This document shows positions 9,538 to 19,303 of a stretch of DNA of 64,000 nt, piece after piece. The notes below the pieces were generated by a model. That model saw only the letters and a list, made by a program, of their open reading frames with translations, made no database searches and had not been told where the DNA came from. The DNA comes from Planctomycetota bacterium. GTDB taxonomy: Bacteria > Planctomycetota > UBA8108 > SXIK01. Location: positions 6,784,001-6,848,000 of the forward strand of contig CBDCXR010000004.1 of NCBI GenBank assembly GCA_965223845.1, given 5' to 3'. How positions within the stretch are numbered: the first letter of the stretch is position 1; every line of letters starts with the position of its first letter. A program made the position numbers and the translations under genes.

Positions 9538-10944
9538 CTACGACCCGTCGTCCTCGCCTCCATCCTCCTTCTTCCGCGGCTGGCGGAAGAAGATCGTAAA
9601 GAGGATGAGAACGATGGCCGCGCCGGCGGCCGGGTAAGTCCAGATCGAAACCCAGTCGAGCTGCCGGAGTGCTTGGACTTGGACTTCGTCTCTCCGCGTC
9701 TCCAGCGCCGAGATCTGCGTCTCGACGTCGGCCGGACTCGCCGCGTCGGCTCGGCTCGCTTTGAGCGCCTCGATCTCCTCGTTCATGGTTTGCACCTGCG
9801 CGTTGAGCGGTCCCGCCTCTTCGCCGGTATAGTCCGTTTCCACCTTGCCCGCGATCTGCGCCCCGATGAACATCCCGAGCCCCAGCGTAAACAGAACGAG
9901 CATGCCCTGTGCTTGTCCGCGGATCTTTGTCGGCGCGGTCTGATCGGTGTAGATCTGACCCGTAACAAAGAAGAAGTCGTAGCAGATACCGTGGAGGATG
10001 ACTCCGATGAGAAGAAGCGAGATCACCTCGTTCTCCGTGCCGAGCGCGAAGAGCACGTAGCGGACGACCCAGGCGAGCATGCCCACGAAGAGCATCCACT
10101 TGACGCCGAGGCGCCGGAAGAAGAACGGCATCGCGACCATGAAGAGAATCTCGGACATCTGCCCGAAGCTCATCGCGGTCGCAGGTTTCACGACCGATCC
10201 GACCCCTCCGGCGGTGATCGTCCGCTCGGCGAGCTGGTAGTAGAACGCGAGGGGGATGCAGATGAGGAACGAGCTCGCCATGAAGATCGCAAACGACGGC
10301 TTCTTGAGGAGAACGAGCGCGTCGAGACCGAGCACCTCCCCGACAGAGAAGCGCTGGCCGGCGGCGGGGGGCGGGACGTGCGGGAGGAAGAGGCTGAAGA
10401 CGGCGAGTATCGCTCCGGCACCCGCGGCGAGGTAGAACATGTCGATCGAGGCGGTCCAGCCGAACCACGAGAGCGTGAGGTTCGCCACGATCCAGCCGAT
10501 CGTCCCGAAGACGCGGATGAGCGGAAACTGCTTCGCCGAGTCCGTCATCGTGTGCATCGCGAGCGTGTTCGTGAGCGACAGCGTCGGGAAGTAGCAGAGC
10601 ATGTGAAGGAAGAAGAGCAGGTTGATCGTCGTCGGTGATGGCTCGGCAGCCCGCATTTGATCGATCGCCCCGAACATCGCGGCCGCCCCCAGCAGGTGCA
10701 TGACCGCGAGAACCCGCTCCGTCGAGAAGAACCGGTCGGCGATCATCCCGACGAAGAAGGGCGAGATCATTCCCGCGATCGGTCCGACGGAATAGGTCCA
10801 GCCGAAGTCGCCTCCGTCGAACCCGAGCGGACCGAGCACCTTCGGCGCCGTGACGTACCACGCTCCCCAGATGTAGAACTGGATGAACATCATCACCGAG
10901 AGGCGGGTCGAGACCGAGGCCGAGAGTCGTGCGGGTTCGTTCAT
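9538..10944 (-). CDS. MFS nucleoside:H+ symporter family (NupG/XapB/YegT-like)
   Basis: Motifs RLSVMMFIQFYIWGAW, GMIADRFF, FPLIRVFGTIGWI, GQMSEI and LHGICYDFFFVTGQIY. Confidence 0.9.
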   Translation of the reverse strand: MNEPARLSASVSTRLSVMMFIQFYIWGAWYVTAPKVLGPLGFDGGDFGWTYSVGPIAGMISPFFVGMIADRFFSTERVLAVMHLLGAAAMFGAIDQMRAAEPSPTTINLLFFLHMLCYFPTLSLTNTLAMHTMTDSAKQFPLIRVFGTIGWIVANLTLSWFGWTASIDMFYLAAGAGAILAVFSLFLPHVPPPAAGQRFSVGEVLGLDALVLLKKPSFAIFMASSFLICIPLAFYYQLAERTITAGGVGSVVKPATAMSFGQMSEILFMVAMPFFFRRLGVKWMLFVGMLAWVVRYVLFALGTENEVISLLLIGVILHGICYDFFFVTGQIYTDQTAPTKIRGQAQGMLVLFTLGLGMFIGAQIAGKVETDYTGEEAGPLNAQVQTMNEEIEALKASRADAASPADVETQISALETRRDEVQVQALRQLDWVSIWTYPAAGAAIVLILFTIFFRQPRKKEDGGEDDGS

Positions 10945-11161
10945 GAGCGCTGCTGAGCTCCGCTGCGGGCTGGGAAATGAAGGGCTCAATTAGAGCGGAG
11001 GCGCCGCGCGGATGGAACCGTGGAACGCTCGCGATCCCCGTGCGCGCGCTTCCAATCTCGCGCTTCATCGAGATTACCGGCCGAGCTACAATCCCCCGCT
11101 TCGCGCTCGCTCATTCGAGCCTCTTCTCGCCGAACTCGAACTAAGCCCTCCGGAGACCCGC

Positions 11162-12271
11162 ATGCCGCTCGTTCTCGATTACGAAGAAACCAAGGATCTC
11201 TACCGCGTCTGCGCCGACGCGGACCTCTGCATGGCGAGGATCGGCTACAGCGATCAAGACCAAATCCAGGGCATTGTCCGCGGCGCGGCGCGCTTCGCCT
11301 CGGACCACGGAATCCGGCGCCTTCCGATCGGCATCTTCGCGACCGTGGGGCACTACATCCTCCAGCAGCTGCCGCGTTACCTGTCGGCCGACCACGTGCT
11401 CCCCTCGGTCGGCGGCGATCCCGCCGAGTACCGGCGACGGCTCTTTCGGAACGTGCGCCTCTCGCGGAGCTTCATGGAGATCCTCCTCGATCCGTCGGAC
11501 AGCGACTTCGGCGCGATCCACGCGACGCATCACTACGACCACGGCCATCACACGCTCCCGGGCGGCGGCCGATCGCAGAACGAGATGCTGCGCGAGCCCG
11601 AGTTTCTCGCGCACTTCTCGAGCGTCATGTTCGACGACACGCATTCGCCGTTTCCGGAGAACGTCACGAACTCGATCGCCTACCGTGAGTTCCTCGAGCA
11701 GAACGGTGCGCGGAAGGTCCTCGAAGGTTGCCTCGAGGAAGTCGGCGCCGCGGGACTCGGGAAGGGCGAGACGGCGTTCACCGACCCGTCTCAGATCGAG
11801 GAGTATCTCGAGCGAACGGGCTTCGAGCTCGTCGTTCCGAACATCGGAACGGAGTCGATTCACGCGAAGCCAGTCGGAGTACAGTGGGACATCCTCGAAG
11901 CGCTCGACCGCCGCGGCGTCGGGCACCGGCTGATCGTCCACGGGTTCTCGTCGATTCGAACGCTCAGCACGGATGAGCAGCAGAAGCTCGGGGCTCTCGG
12001 CGTCGTCGGCATGAACGCGTTCAGCTACATTCCGCAGACCGTGGGGCCGCAACTCCTCGAGCGATCGGAGCTTCTTCGTCGTCACCACGACGATGCGAAG
12101 GGTTATCCGGTCGATTTCGCAGCGGACGGCACGCCCGTCTACAACCCTTCGAACGACGCGAACATCTTCTTCGGCCCGCTCCTCGATCAGGTGCGCGACC
12201 TCAAGGTGAAACTGATCGGGGACGGGGTCTACGAGATCCTGAAGAATCTCGGGTACGCTCGGTTAGCTTAA
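11162..12271 (+). CDS. Divergent class II fructose/tagatose-bisphosphate aldolase-like protein
   Basis: HYDHG, SSVMFDDTHSPFPENV, FTDPSQIEEYLERTG, NIGT and LIVHG match the class II aldolase scaffold. TACAAT at 11087-11092 lies upstream. Confidence 0.7.
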   Translation: MPLVLDYEETKDLYRVCADADLCMARIGYSDQDQIQGIVRGAARFASDHGIRRLPIGIFATVGHYILQQLPRYLSADHVLPSVGGDPAEYRRRLFRNVRLSRSFMEILLDPSDSDFGAIHATHHYDHGHHTLPGGGRSQNEMLREPEFLAHFSSVMFDDTHSPFPENVTNSIAYREFLEQNGARKVLEGCLEEVGAAGLGKGETAFTDPSQIEEYLERTGFELVVPNIGTESIHAKPVGVQWDILEALDRRGVGHRLIVHGFSSIRTLSTDEQQKLGALGVVGMNAFSYIPQTVGPQLLERSELLRRHHDDAKGYPVDFAADGTPVYNPSNDANIFFGPLLDQVRDLKVKLIGDGVYEILKNLGYARLA

Positions 12272-12350
12272 GGCCGGTGAGGCGACGAGGAACCGGACAA
12301 CGATGCTCAGCGAGTTTCGTAGTCCTCCTCGGGTGCTGGTGTCCTCCCAC

Positions 12351-12519
12351 GAAGAGGTTCACACGAAGGGTTTGGGAAGAAGCGCGAAGGAAGACGAAGA
12401 ACCGAGGATTTGAGGCGAAAGAGCTCGAGTGGTCGATTCGTCCCGCAAACTCTCCCACCTAGATTCTTCTCGTCTTCGTCTTCCTTCGTGTCCTTCGCGC
12501 TCTTCGTGTGAACCTCTTC
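12351..12519. repeat. Long imperfect inverted repeat (REP/MITE-like) with periodic CTTCG/CGAAG units
   Basis: Perfect 18-bp IR at 12351-12368/12502-12519 and perfect 16-bp IR at 12385-12400/12473-12488. CTTCG occurs at 12474, 12484, 12493 and 12502. Confidence 0.8.
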
Positions 12520-12535
12520 ACGAGAAGACCCGAGA

Positions 12536-15500
12536 TCAGCGAGCGCACCCGAGCGCGTCTCCGCTCGGATCGACGTCCGCCGCCGGGAACGGCGCCGGCA
12601 TCGCCGGTCCGTTCTGGAAGAGATACGCGAGAATGTACATCGCGTCGGCGATGTTCGCCGACTCGTCGTCGTTCGCGTCGAGTGCGTCCTCGCAATCGAT
12701 CGGCACCCCGCCGAAGAGGTTGAGGAGCACCTTCAGCGGATCGGAGACGTCCACGCGGCCGTCCCCGTTTGCGTCGCCGCGGACGAAGGTCGGCGGTGGT
12801 GGCAAGTACGTGAACGTGACGGCGTTCGAGGTCTGACCGTCGATATTGCGGACGGTGACCGAAACCGGCCCCTCCGTTCCTGCCGGGACGAGTGCGGTGA
12901 GGCTTGTCGGATCGACGCCCTCGTCGAACTCGACGCCCGTCGCCTCTTCCGTTCCGAAGAACACGCGGATTCCGTCGCGGAAGTCCGCGCCTTCGATCGT
13001 GACCGTCGTTCCGAGGGCCGCGGTGTCGGGCGAAATCGTCGTTAGGCTCGGCGGATCCCAGTCGACCGTCGTCGTAACGGTGATCGTGTCGAGCGCGACG
13101 AAGTCGCCCTTCAGCGTGAACGCGAGGAGCGTGAGCTCGTTCGCCCCGCCGTGGAGCGCGATATCGTCGATTCTCCAGCCGGTCATGCTCGTGAACCGAA
13201 CCGGGTAGGCTTCGTCGTTGACGGTGATGACCTGAACGTCGATCGGAGCGTTCCCCGAGAGATCGACCGTCACCTCGTCGGTCGAGAAGTCGTTCCCCGA
13301 ATTCGTCGAGATCCGGAACGCGACGTTCTCCTCGCACACCGACTCGATTCTCGTCTTGAGGCGAGAGTGCCGCTGGTCGATGTAGCCGCCGGGGAGACCG
13401 ACCTGAACGTTATTCATCCCGAGCGCTCCGAGCCGCTCCATGTAGGGAGACAGATAGTCGGAGTGGAACCACGGGTCCGAGCCGCAGACCATCTCGGCGA
13501 GTATCCCGTAGTACATGCGCTTCACGGGCAGGCGACTAAAGAGGCGCTGCACTTCGGCGAAGCCGCCGGGGCTGTAGGTCGAGTTCGGATTACTCGGGAT
13601 CATGAACGCGTCGACGTTTCCGTACGTGAGCTCCATATCCCAGGCGATCGTGTTCCAGCGCCGATCTTCCTCCGGCTCGTAGAGGTAGCAGTTCTTTCCG
13701 CGATTGGCGCCCCAGTGGTCCCAGTCGTCGGTGTTCAGCCGGACCGCCCACATGCGGAGCATCTCTTCGACGTTCGCGACGTCGAAGATCACGTTGTCGT
13801 ACGCCGTGTTCCCAGTCGCACCCGGGTCCATGATGCGCGCGAACTCGATCAGGCGGGAAAAATCGTCGGCGCCGTTGTTCATGCGGAGACCGAAGAACCA
13901 GCGGTAGTTTTCCTTGTTCTCGCCGTTTCCATCCCCGCGCGAGCTCGGCGGGGGATAGAGAACGCGGGCGTTCGTGTTGCCGGCGCGACTCCCGTCGTCG
14001 CGAATCACGAAGCGATCGTCGACCTCGAAGAACGCGCCGTCGCTGTCGCCCGGGAACCAAAGCGAGATGTACTGCGAATCCGGAACCCAGACGTGCTCGC
14101 GGACCGCGCTCCCGCGCGAGTTCACCTTCCACCGCGTCATGGTCTGGACTTCGGAGTAGGGGACGCGCGCGCTCGGCGATTGCTGCTGCCGGAGGAGATA
14201 GTGCGAGATGCGCTCGCGCGCGTTCGCGCCGTTGCCGTGGTGATCTTCGAGGTTGAACTTCCGGATCCACCCGTGGAGAGGGTCGTGCCGCGGCATGGCG
14301 ACACGGAAGCTCCCGCCCCAACTTCCGCGCGCGAACGGGCTGCCGGAGAAGCGGGTCTTCGACTCGTAGTAGATCTGTTCGGAGCCGAACACGAAGGAGC
14401 CCGGAATCAGCGCGTTCGAGAGCCGGCGCCGATTCGTGAGATAGCTCTCGTCGTTCGACGTCATCCAGAACCGGTAGTTGTGATAGCGACCGTCGATCAT
14501 CTTTTCGTCGTGCCCGTAGATGATATGGCGCTGCTCGCTGAGGCTGGCCGAGCTCGGGTCGATGATCAGGGGGTGCGTCCGCTCGGTGATGTCGACCGGG
14601 TACCGTCCGTCGCGGCCGGTGTTGTCCGATGACTCGATGTGATAGACGACACGCGTGCCGAGCGGCCGGCCGGGGAGCGTCGCTTCGTAGATTCCTCCGC
14701 CGATGTGAGTCATCGTACGCGAGCTCGGCGAGCTCGACGGATTGCTCGTCGAGTAGCGAACGGTGACGTTCGCGACGCCGTCGGTATCGCTCACGCGCGC
14801 CCAGACCGTGACGGACTCGTTGTCGCCCGGCACCGCCGGATCTTGTCGGACGTCGGTGATCACCGGCCCGAGATTCGAGCTGCCGCTCGCATCGATGAGC
14901 CGCTGGGTCACGCTGTTCCGCGCGCCCGGCGTTCCGAGATTCTCGGGGACGATGAGCTCGTGCGACTTCGCCATCGCGTGGCGGTAACCGTGCGTAAGGA
15001 TCGTCTGTGACCCGACGACCCAGCGGGCCTTGAGCGAGATCTGAAGGTCCTCGTTCGTATTCAGAGCGCCGATCCCGGAGTTCGACGTTTCGATCCGGTT
15101 GACCTTGTTGTCGCCGCGCCCGGTCGCGATCACCTTGAGCGATCCGGCCCCGGTGATCGGGTCGATCGTCGTCACGTCGCTTCGGTCGTGCGTCCCTTCG
15201 ATGATCCATCCGCTCGTGTTGCTGTTGAACGTCCCGTTCGAGATCTGCTCGCTACCGCCGCTGAAGATCGTCGTTCGGTCGACGAGCGCCGGATCGAAGG
15301 AGAGGTCGCTGCTGCTGATCCCCGCGTTGTGCACCTGGACGGCGAAGACGTTCGTCCCGGACACGAGAAGATTCTTGAACGACGAGATATCGACGGTTCG
15401 CAGCTCCGGCTCGCCGGCGCTCGGAGCGGCATCGTTGTAGTTCTTCCCGCTCACGTTGTGGCTCGCGACCTGTGTGCCGTTCAGGTACGCGTAGAACCCG

Positions 15501-18097
15501 TCGTCGATGACGACCGTGAACACGAGCTCGTCGATGCCCGCGGGGTTCGCGACATTGAACTCGCGGCGACAAAAGATCGACATGTAATCGTCTTCCATGT
15601 CGCTCAAAACGGTAGCGTCGTCGTTATCGCCGTAGCCGATTCCGGTCGCTCCCGAGAGCCAGCTGCCGTCGTTGAAGTCGATCTCCGTCCAGTCCGCCGG
15701 CGGATTCGAGCGCCCCTTGAAGTAGCGCCAAATGGCGCCTTCGGCGATGAGCGGCGTGTCGTCGAAGGTGGTTCCGCCGCCGATCACCGAGACGTCATCC
15801 ACGATGGTGATTCCGCGGGCGAGGAGCGCGATGTGGAGCTCCGATTCTTCGCCGCCGTGGCGTCCGATGTAGTCGATCTCGGTCACGGGGGCCTTCGCGG
15901 AGTCGTCGCTCGCGTCCCAGGCTTGGCCGAAGCGATTGTCCTGTTCGGGATCGATGAGCTCGAGCGACGAGCCGAGGCCGTCCGTCCACCGCGGCCACTC
16001 GCCGCCGTCGTAGTAGCGGATCGTGTCGACGGTCCGGCCGAGAGTGTCCTGGAGGGTGACGCGCTCGCCGCGGTCGCTCAGGCTCCCGAAATCGTCGCGC
16101 TCGAGCTCCGTCTCGGGCCCGATGACTTCCCCGCCGAGACCGTAGATGCTTCGAATGAGATCCGGGTCGCGCGCGACGACGAGGTAGTCGCCGGCACCGA
16201 GCGAGGTTCCCGGCGGAAAGACGAAATCGACGCCGTTCGTGAGCGCCCATCCCGACATGTCGACCCCGGTGGAGCCGCGGTTGTAGAACTCGATGTACTC
16301 GCGGTTCCTCGACTGATCGATCGGGTGGAACATCACTTCGTTGATCACGATGTCGTCGTTCACCGACATCTCGTTCGCCGCGCCGGGCGTCGGGTCGCTG
16401 GCGTCGGAAAACTCCGTGTCGCCATCGGGGACGCGCGCCTCGCTCATATCGTCGTAGTCGGGGCGGAAGTTGTAGGCGTCGAGCACCTGATCGCCGGTGT
16501 CGTTCACGAACGCGATGAAGACGTTGAGTCCCGAGAGCGCCGGGGAAAGATCGAAGCCGAGATCGCTGCCGTTAAACGTCCGGTATCCGCCGCCCGGGAT
16601 GTTCGTCCCCGCAGGGATGGTGTACTTCGTGAGATCGGTTTGCTGATCGGTGAGATGGAATCCGCTGATATCGACGTTTTGGCTCGACGTGTTGTGGAGC
16701 TCGATCCAGGGCTCGTCTCCCGTGCGGAGGAGCGCCTCGTTGATGAGCACCGGGAACCGCGGCGCCGGACCGCCGCCCGTCGGTGGGGGCGGGGGCGGAT
16801 CGCCGGGCTCTTCGATCGGATCGCCGCCGCCGCCGAAATTCATCCCGAGCGTGTGGTCGAGAGTGACCTGGATTTCTGAATTGCTCGCGAGAGGAGTCCC
16901 GGTGTTGCGTCGTTCGAAGCGAAATCGGAACGACCAGCCGCCGCCGTTCTCGAACACCTTGACGACGACGAGATTCTTACCCGGCTGGAGCGTCGCGGGA
17001 GCGCGATCCTGCACTTCACCGCTTCCGCCGACGCCGCGGCACGCGTCGTTCGAGTGTACGTAGTCTCCGTTGAGGAGGACGGAAATCCCGTCGTCGCTCG
17101 CGACCGCCACGTCTACCGCGAGCGCGGTGTCGGCGATGTTGTCGACGTAGCAGAACGCGTACGCCATCACGTTGTTGGGATCCGGCGGCCATACGGCGTC
17201 GTTGTAGTTGATCGTGTCGCCGAACGACGAGTAGGCCGCGATCGTGGGCGTGTTCGTCGGCGAGTTGGGATGGAGGCCCGTCGATTCGGCGAGCGAGTAG
17301 TTCGTGTTGACGACCCGATCGTCCTCCCAAAGGAGGTCGGTCTCGACGTCTCCGCCGGCGCTCTCCCGCAGCCAATCCTCCGTGAGTCGGCCGCCCAGGT
17401 TGCACGACGATCCCTGGTACGGACCGAGAACGAGCCACTTCGTGATGAAGCCGTTCGGATCGACGCCGTCGCCGGTGTCGCCACCTGGGACGCCGACCTC
17501 GAAGAGTCCCGAGTTCGCCTCTCCCGGAGTCCCGCCGATCTGGTCGCTCAGCGTCCAACTGTCGCCGTCATCGTTTTCGAGATACGGCTGAACGAGCGCG
17601 AGTGTGTGACCCGTTCCGTCGGCACCGACCCGCCACTTGCCGCGGTCGTTGTACCGAACCTCCGCGATCGTGATTCCGGCCGGGTTGCAGATCTCGACGC
17701 GCTCGCCGCCGTTGGAGAGTGCACCCGTCCAATCGCCGACGGTATTCGTGATTCCGTACTCGGCCTGGATGGCGGCCTCGTTCGAGCAGATGACGAGAAA
17801 CGACTTTCCCTCGAGAAAGAGTCCGTCCGGAAACTCGAAATCGACTCCGTTACAGATCGTGTAGCCGGTGAGATCGAGTGGGTCGGGGTTCTCGTTGTAG
17901 ACCTCGATGAATTCGAGGTTCGGGTTCTCGGGTTCGGTGACGTGGTAGTGGATCTCGCTGATGACGAGGCCCATCGCGGGCGCGGACAGGGCGAAGATCA
18001 GGGCCCCGATGGCGAAGGCTCCCACAAGCGGGCGGACGGAGCGGACGCACGGAGCAGCACCACAACGGACCCGACGACTGCCGGACCGAGTTTTCAT
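12536..18097 (-). CDS. Large secreted protein: lamin-tail domains + jelly-roll modules + CotH kinase domain + IPT/TIG + dockerin
   Basis: Three LTD starts (VISEIHYH, VLINEALL, VINEVMFHP). CotH motifs DDWDHW..NRGKNCYLY and IAWDMELTYG. Dockerin FVRGDANGDGRVDVSD. Start moved to MKTRS (18097) because an extended -10 lies at 18226-18234. Confidence 0.85.
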   Translation of the reverse strand: MKTRSGSRRVRCGAAPCVRSVRPLVGAFAIGALIFALSAPAMGLVISEIHYHVTEPENPNLEFIEVYNENPDPLDLTGYTICNGVDFEFPDGLFLEGKSFLVICSNEAAIQAEYGITNTVGDWTGALSNGGERVEICNPAGITIAEVRYNDRGKWRVGADGTGHTLALVQPYLENDDGDSWTLSDQIGGTPGEANSGLFEVGVPGGDTGDGVDPNGFITKWLVLGPYQGSSCNLGGRLTEDWLRESAGGDVETDLLWEDDRVVNTNYSLAESTGLHPNSPTNTPTIAAYSSFGDTINYNDAVWPPDPNNVMAYAFCYVDNIADTALAVDVAVASDDGISVLLNGDYVHSNDACRGVGGSGEVQDRAPATLQPGKNLVVVKVFENGGGWSFRFRFERRNTGTPLASNSEIQVTLDHTLGMNFGGGGDPIEEPGDPPPPPPTGGGPAPRFPVLINEALLRTGDEPWIELHNTSSQNVDISGFHLTDQQTDLTKYTIPAGTNIPGGGYRTFNGSDLGFDLSPALSGLNVFIAFVNDTGDQVLDAYNFRPDYDDMSEARVPDGDTEFSDASDPTPGAANEMSVNDDIVINEVMFHPIDQSRNREYIEFYNRGSTGVDMSGWALTNGVDFVFPPGTSLGAGDYLVVARDPDLIRSIYGLGGEVIGPETELERDDFGSLSDRGERVTLQDTLGRTVDTIRYYDGGEWPRWTDGLGSSLELIDPEQDNRFGQAWDASDDSAKAPVTEIDYIGRHGGEESELHIALLARGITIVDDVSVIGGGTTFDDTPLIAEGAIWRYFKGRSNPPADWTEIDFNDGSWLSGATGIGYGDNDDATVLSDMEDDYMSIFCRREFNVANPAGIDELVFTVVIDDGFYAYLNGTQVASHNVSGKNYNDAAPSAGEPELRTVDISSFKNLLVSGTNVFAVQVHNAGISSSDLSFDPALVDRTTIFSGGSEQISNGTFNSNTSGWIIEGTHDRSDVTTIDPITGAGSLKVIATGRGDNKVNRIETSNSGIGALNTNEDLQISLKARWVVGSQTILTHGYRHAMAKSHELIVPENLGTPGARNSVTQRLIDASGSSNLGPVITDVRQDPAVPGDNESVTVWARVSDTDGVANVTVRYSTSNPSSSPSSRTMTHIGGGIYEATLPGRPLGTRVVYHIESSDNTGRDGRYPVDITERTHPLIIDPSSASLSEQRHIIYGHDEKMIDGRYHNYRFWMTSNDESYLTNRRRLSNALIPGSFVFGSEQIYYESKTRFSGSPFARGSWGGSFRVAMPRHDPLHGWIRKFNLEDHHGNGANARERISHYLLRQQQSPSARVPYSEVQTMTRWKVNSRGSAVREHVWVPDSQYISLWFPGDSDGAFFEVDDRFVIRDDGSRAGNTNARVLYPPPSSRGDGNGENKENYRWFFGLRMNNGADDFSRLIEFARIMDPGATGNTAYDNVIFDVANVEEMLRMWAVRLNTDDWDHWGANRGKNCYLYEPEEDRRWNTIAWDMELTYGNVDAFMIPSNPNSTYSPGGFAEVQRLFSRLPVKRMYYGILAEMVCGSDPWFHSDYLSPYMERLGALGMNNVQVGLPGGYIDQRHSRLKTRIESVCEENVAFRISTNSGNDFSTDEVTVDLSGNAPIDVQVITVNDEAYPVRFTSMTGWRIDDIALHGGANELTLLAFTLKGDFVALDTITVTTTVDWDPPSLTTISPDTAALGTTVTIEGADFRDGIRVFFGTEEATGVEFDEGVDPTSLTALVPAGTEGPVSVTVRNIDGQTSNAVTFTYLPPPPTFVRGDANGDGRVDVSDPLKVLLNLFGGVPIDCEDALDANDDESANIADAMYILAYLFQNGPAMPAPFPAADVDPSGDALGCAR

Positions 18098-18225
18098 TGA
18101 GACGAGCCTCTGACGGGAAGAAAAACCGGCGACGCGGCGCAGAGGACGCGCGGCCCAGCCGGAACGGAGGGAGTCTCGCTGCGGGCGAGACCGGGTGTCG
18201 AACCAACCCTGTGTACGAATTCCCG

Positions 18226-18234
18226 ATTGTAGCA
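18226..18234 (-). promoter_or_regulatory. Extended -10 promoter TGCTACAAT
   Basis: TG-n-TACAAT on the minus strand about 130 nt upstream of the proposed start. Confidence 0.5.
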
Positions 18235-18316
18235 CAGATGTGTGGGGAGAACGGGACGTGCCCACGCTCCGTCGAGCGCCCCAGGTTCGCCCAATGTTTG
18301 GGGGCAGCGTCGTCGG

Positions 18317-19303
18317 TCAGTCGATCAGGTCGATCTCGACGCCGAGTTCGCGGGCGAGCGGTGAGGTGAGGCGCTGGATCTCGTGGTCAGCGTGGCGAAA
18401 CGCGCGGACGAGCGCGGCGATGCGCCCGAAACGAGATTTTGGCCCGGTGCAGGCGAGGCCTCCCACGAAGTGGGCCCACGCGTTCTCGGGGTGGTCGCGG
18501 AGCACGCTGGCGATGCAATCGAGGGCTCGACCCGGCACTCCCGTCGTCACGAGTGCGTAGCCGTAGTAGACGTCCAGGATCGGCTCGCTCCAGTCGGCGC
18601 CCTCGGGCGCGCATTCGTACACTCGGATGAGCTCCGGCATATCCGCCGATTCGAACGCCCGGTCGAGCGCGGCCGCCCAATCCGCACGGGTGCCGGGGGT
18701 GCCGGGACGCGGCTCCCTGGAGCCCGCCGGTTCACTCGACGATCCTCTCGCGGCGTCCGGCTGAGAGGTGAGCTCCCGATGGTGGAACGAGGCGAAAGCG
18801 TCCCGGCCGCGCGCTTCGAGTCTCGTCTCGAGCGCGGCGAGGAGGCGTCCGCCCGTCTCGGCGATCCAGAGCGCGCCGCGATGGAGCGAGAGCCGAGAGG
18901 GCTTTCCGTTCGTCTCGATCTCGTCCGCCTCTCGTCTCTCCGGCGTCTGTTCGAGCCGGATGAGCGCGCGGAGCGTGTGCGCGATCGCGTTCTCGCCCTC
19001 GAGCTCGCTCGCGAGCTCGTCCGCCCGGTCGATGTCGCCGTAGTCGTAGTGACCCAGAGCGCCGAGGAGAGTCGCCGCTGCGTTCGAGCCCGGGTGGGCG
19101 GCCGCGGCCGCGGCGAGCATGTCCCGCGCCGCGTCCGGCTCGCCGCGCTCGAAGAGGACGCGCGCGAGGGGAAACAGGATCTCGGGACGATCCCCGCGCG
19201 CTTTCCGCAATCGCTCGAGCGCGGCGTGCGCCTCCGCGAGCTCACCTCGGGCCCAGTGGGCTTCGGCGCGTGAGAGCTGGCGTTCGGCGGCGATCGAGGT
19301 CAT
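18317..19303 (-). CDS. Tetratricopeptide-repeat protein
   Basis: TPR-like helices EILFPLARVLFERGEPDAARDML and ENAWAHFVGGLA. Start taken at MTSIAAE. Confidence 0.7.
   Translation of the reverse strand: MTSIAAERQLSRAEAHWARGELAEAHAALERLRKARGDRPEILFPLARVLFERGEPDAARDMLAAAAAAHPGSNAAATLLGALGHYDYGDIDRADELASELEGENAIAHTLRALIRLEQTPERREADEIETNGKPSRLSLHRGALWIAETGGRLLAALETRLEARGRDAFASFHHRELTSQPDAARGSSSEPAGSREPRPGTPGTRADWAAALDRAFESADMPELIRVYECAPEGADWSEPILDVYYGYALVTTGVPGRALDCIASVLRDHPENAWAHFVGGLACTGPKSRFGRIAALVRAFRHADHEIQRLTSPLARELGVEIDLID

Noticed and set aside
12340-12530. CRISPR array
   Set aside because: The repeats are inverted and periodic, with no constant direct repeat-spacer units and no cas genes.
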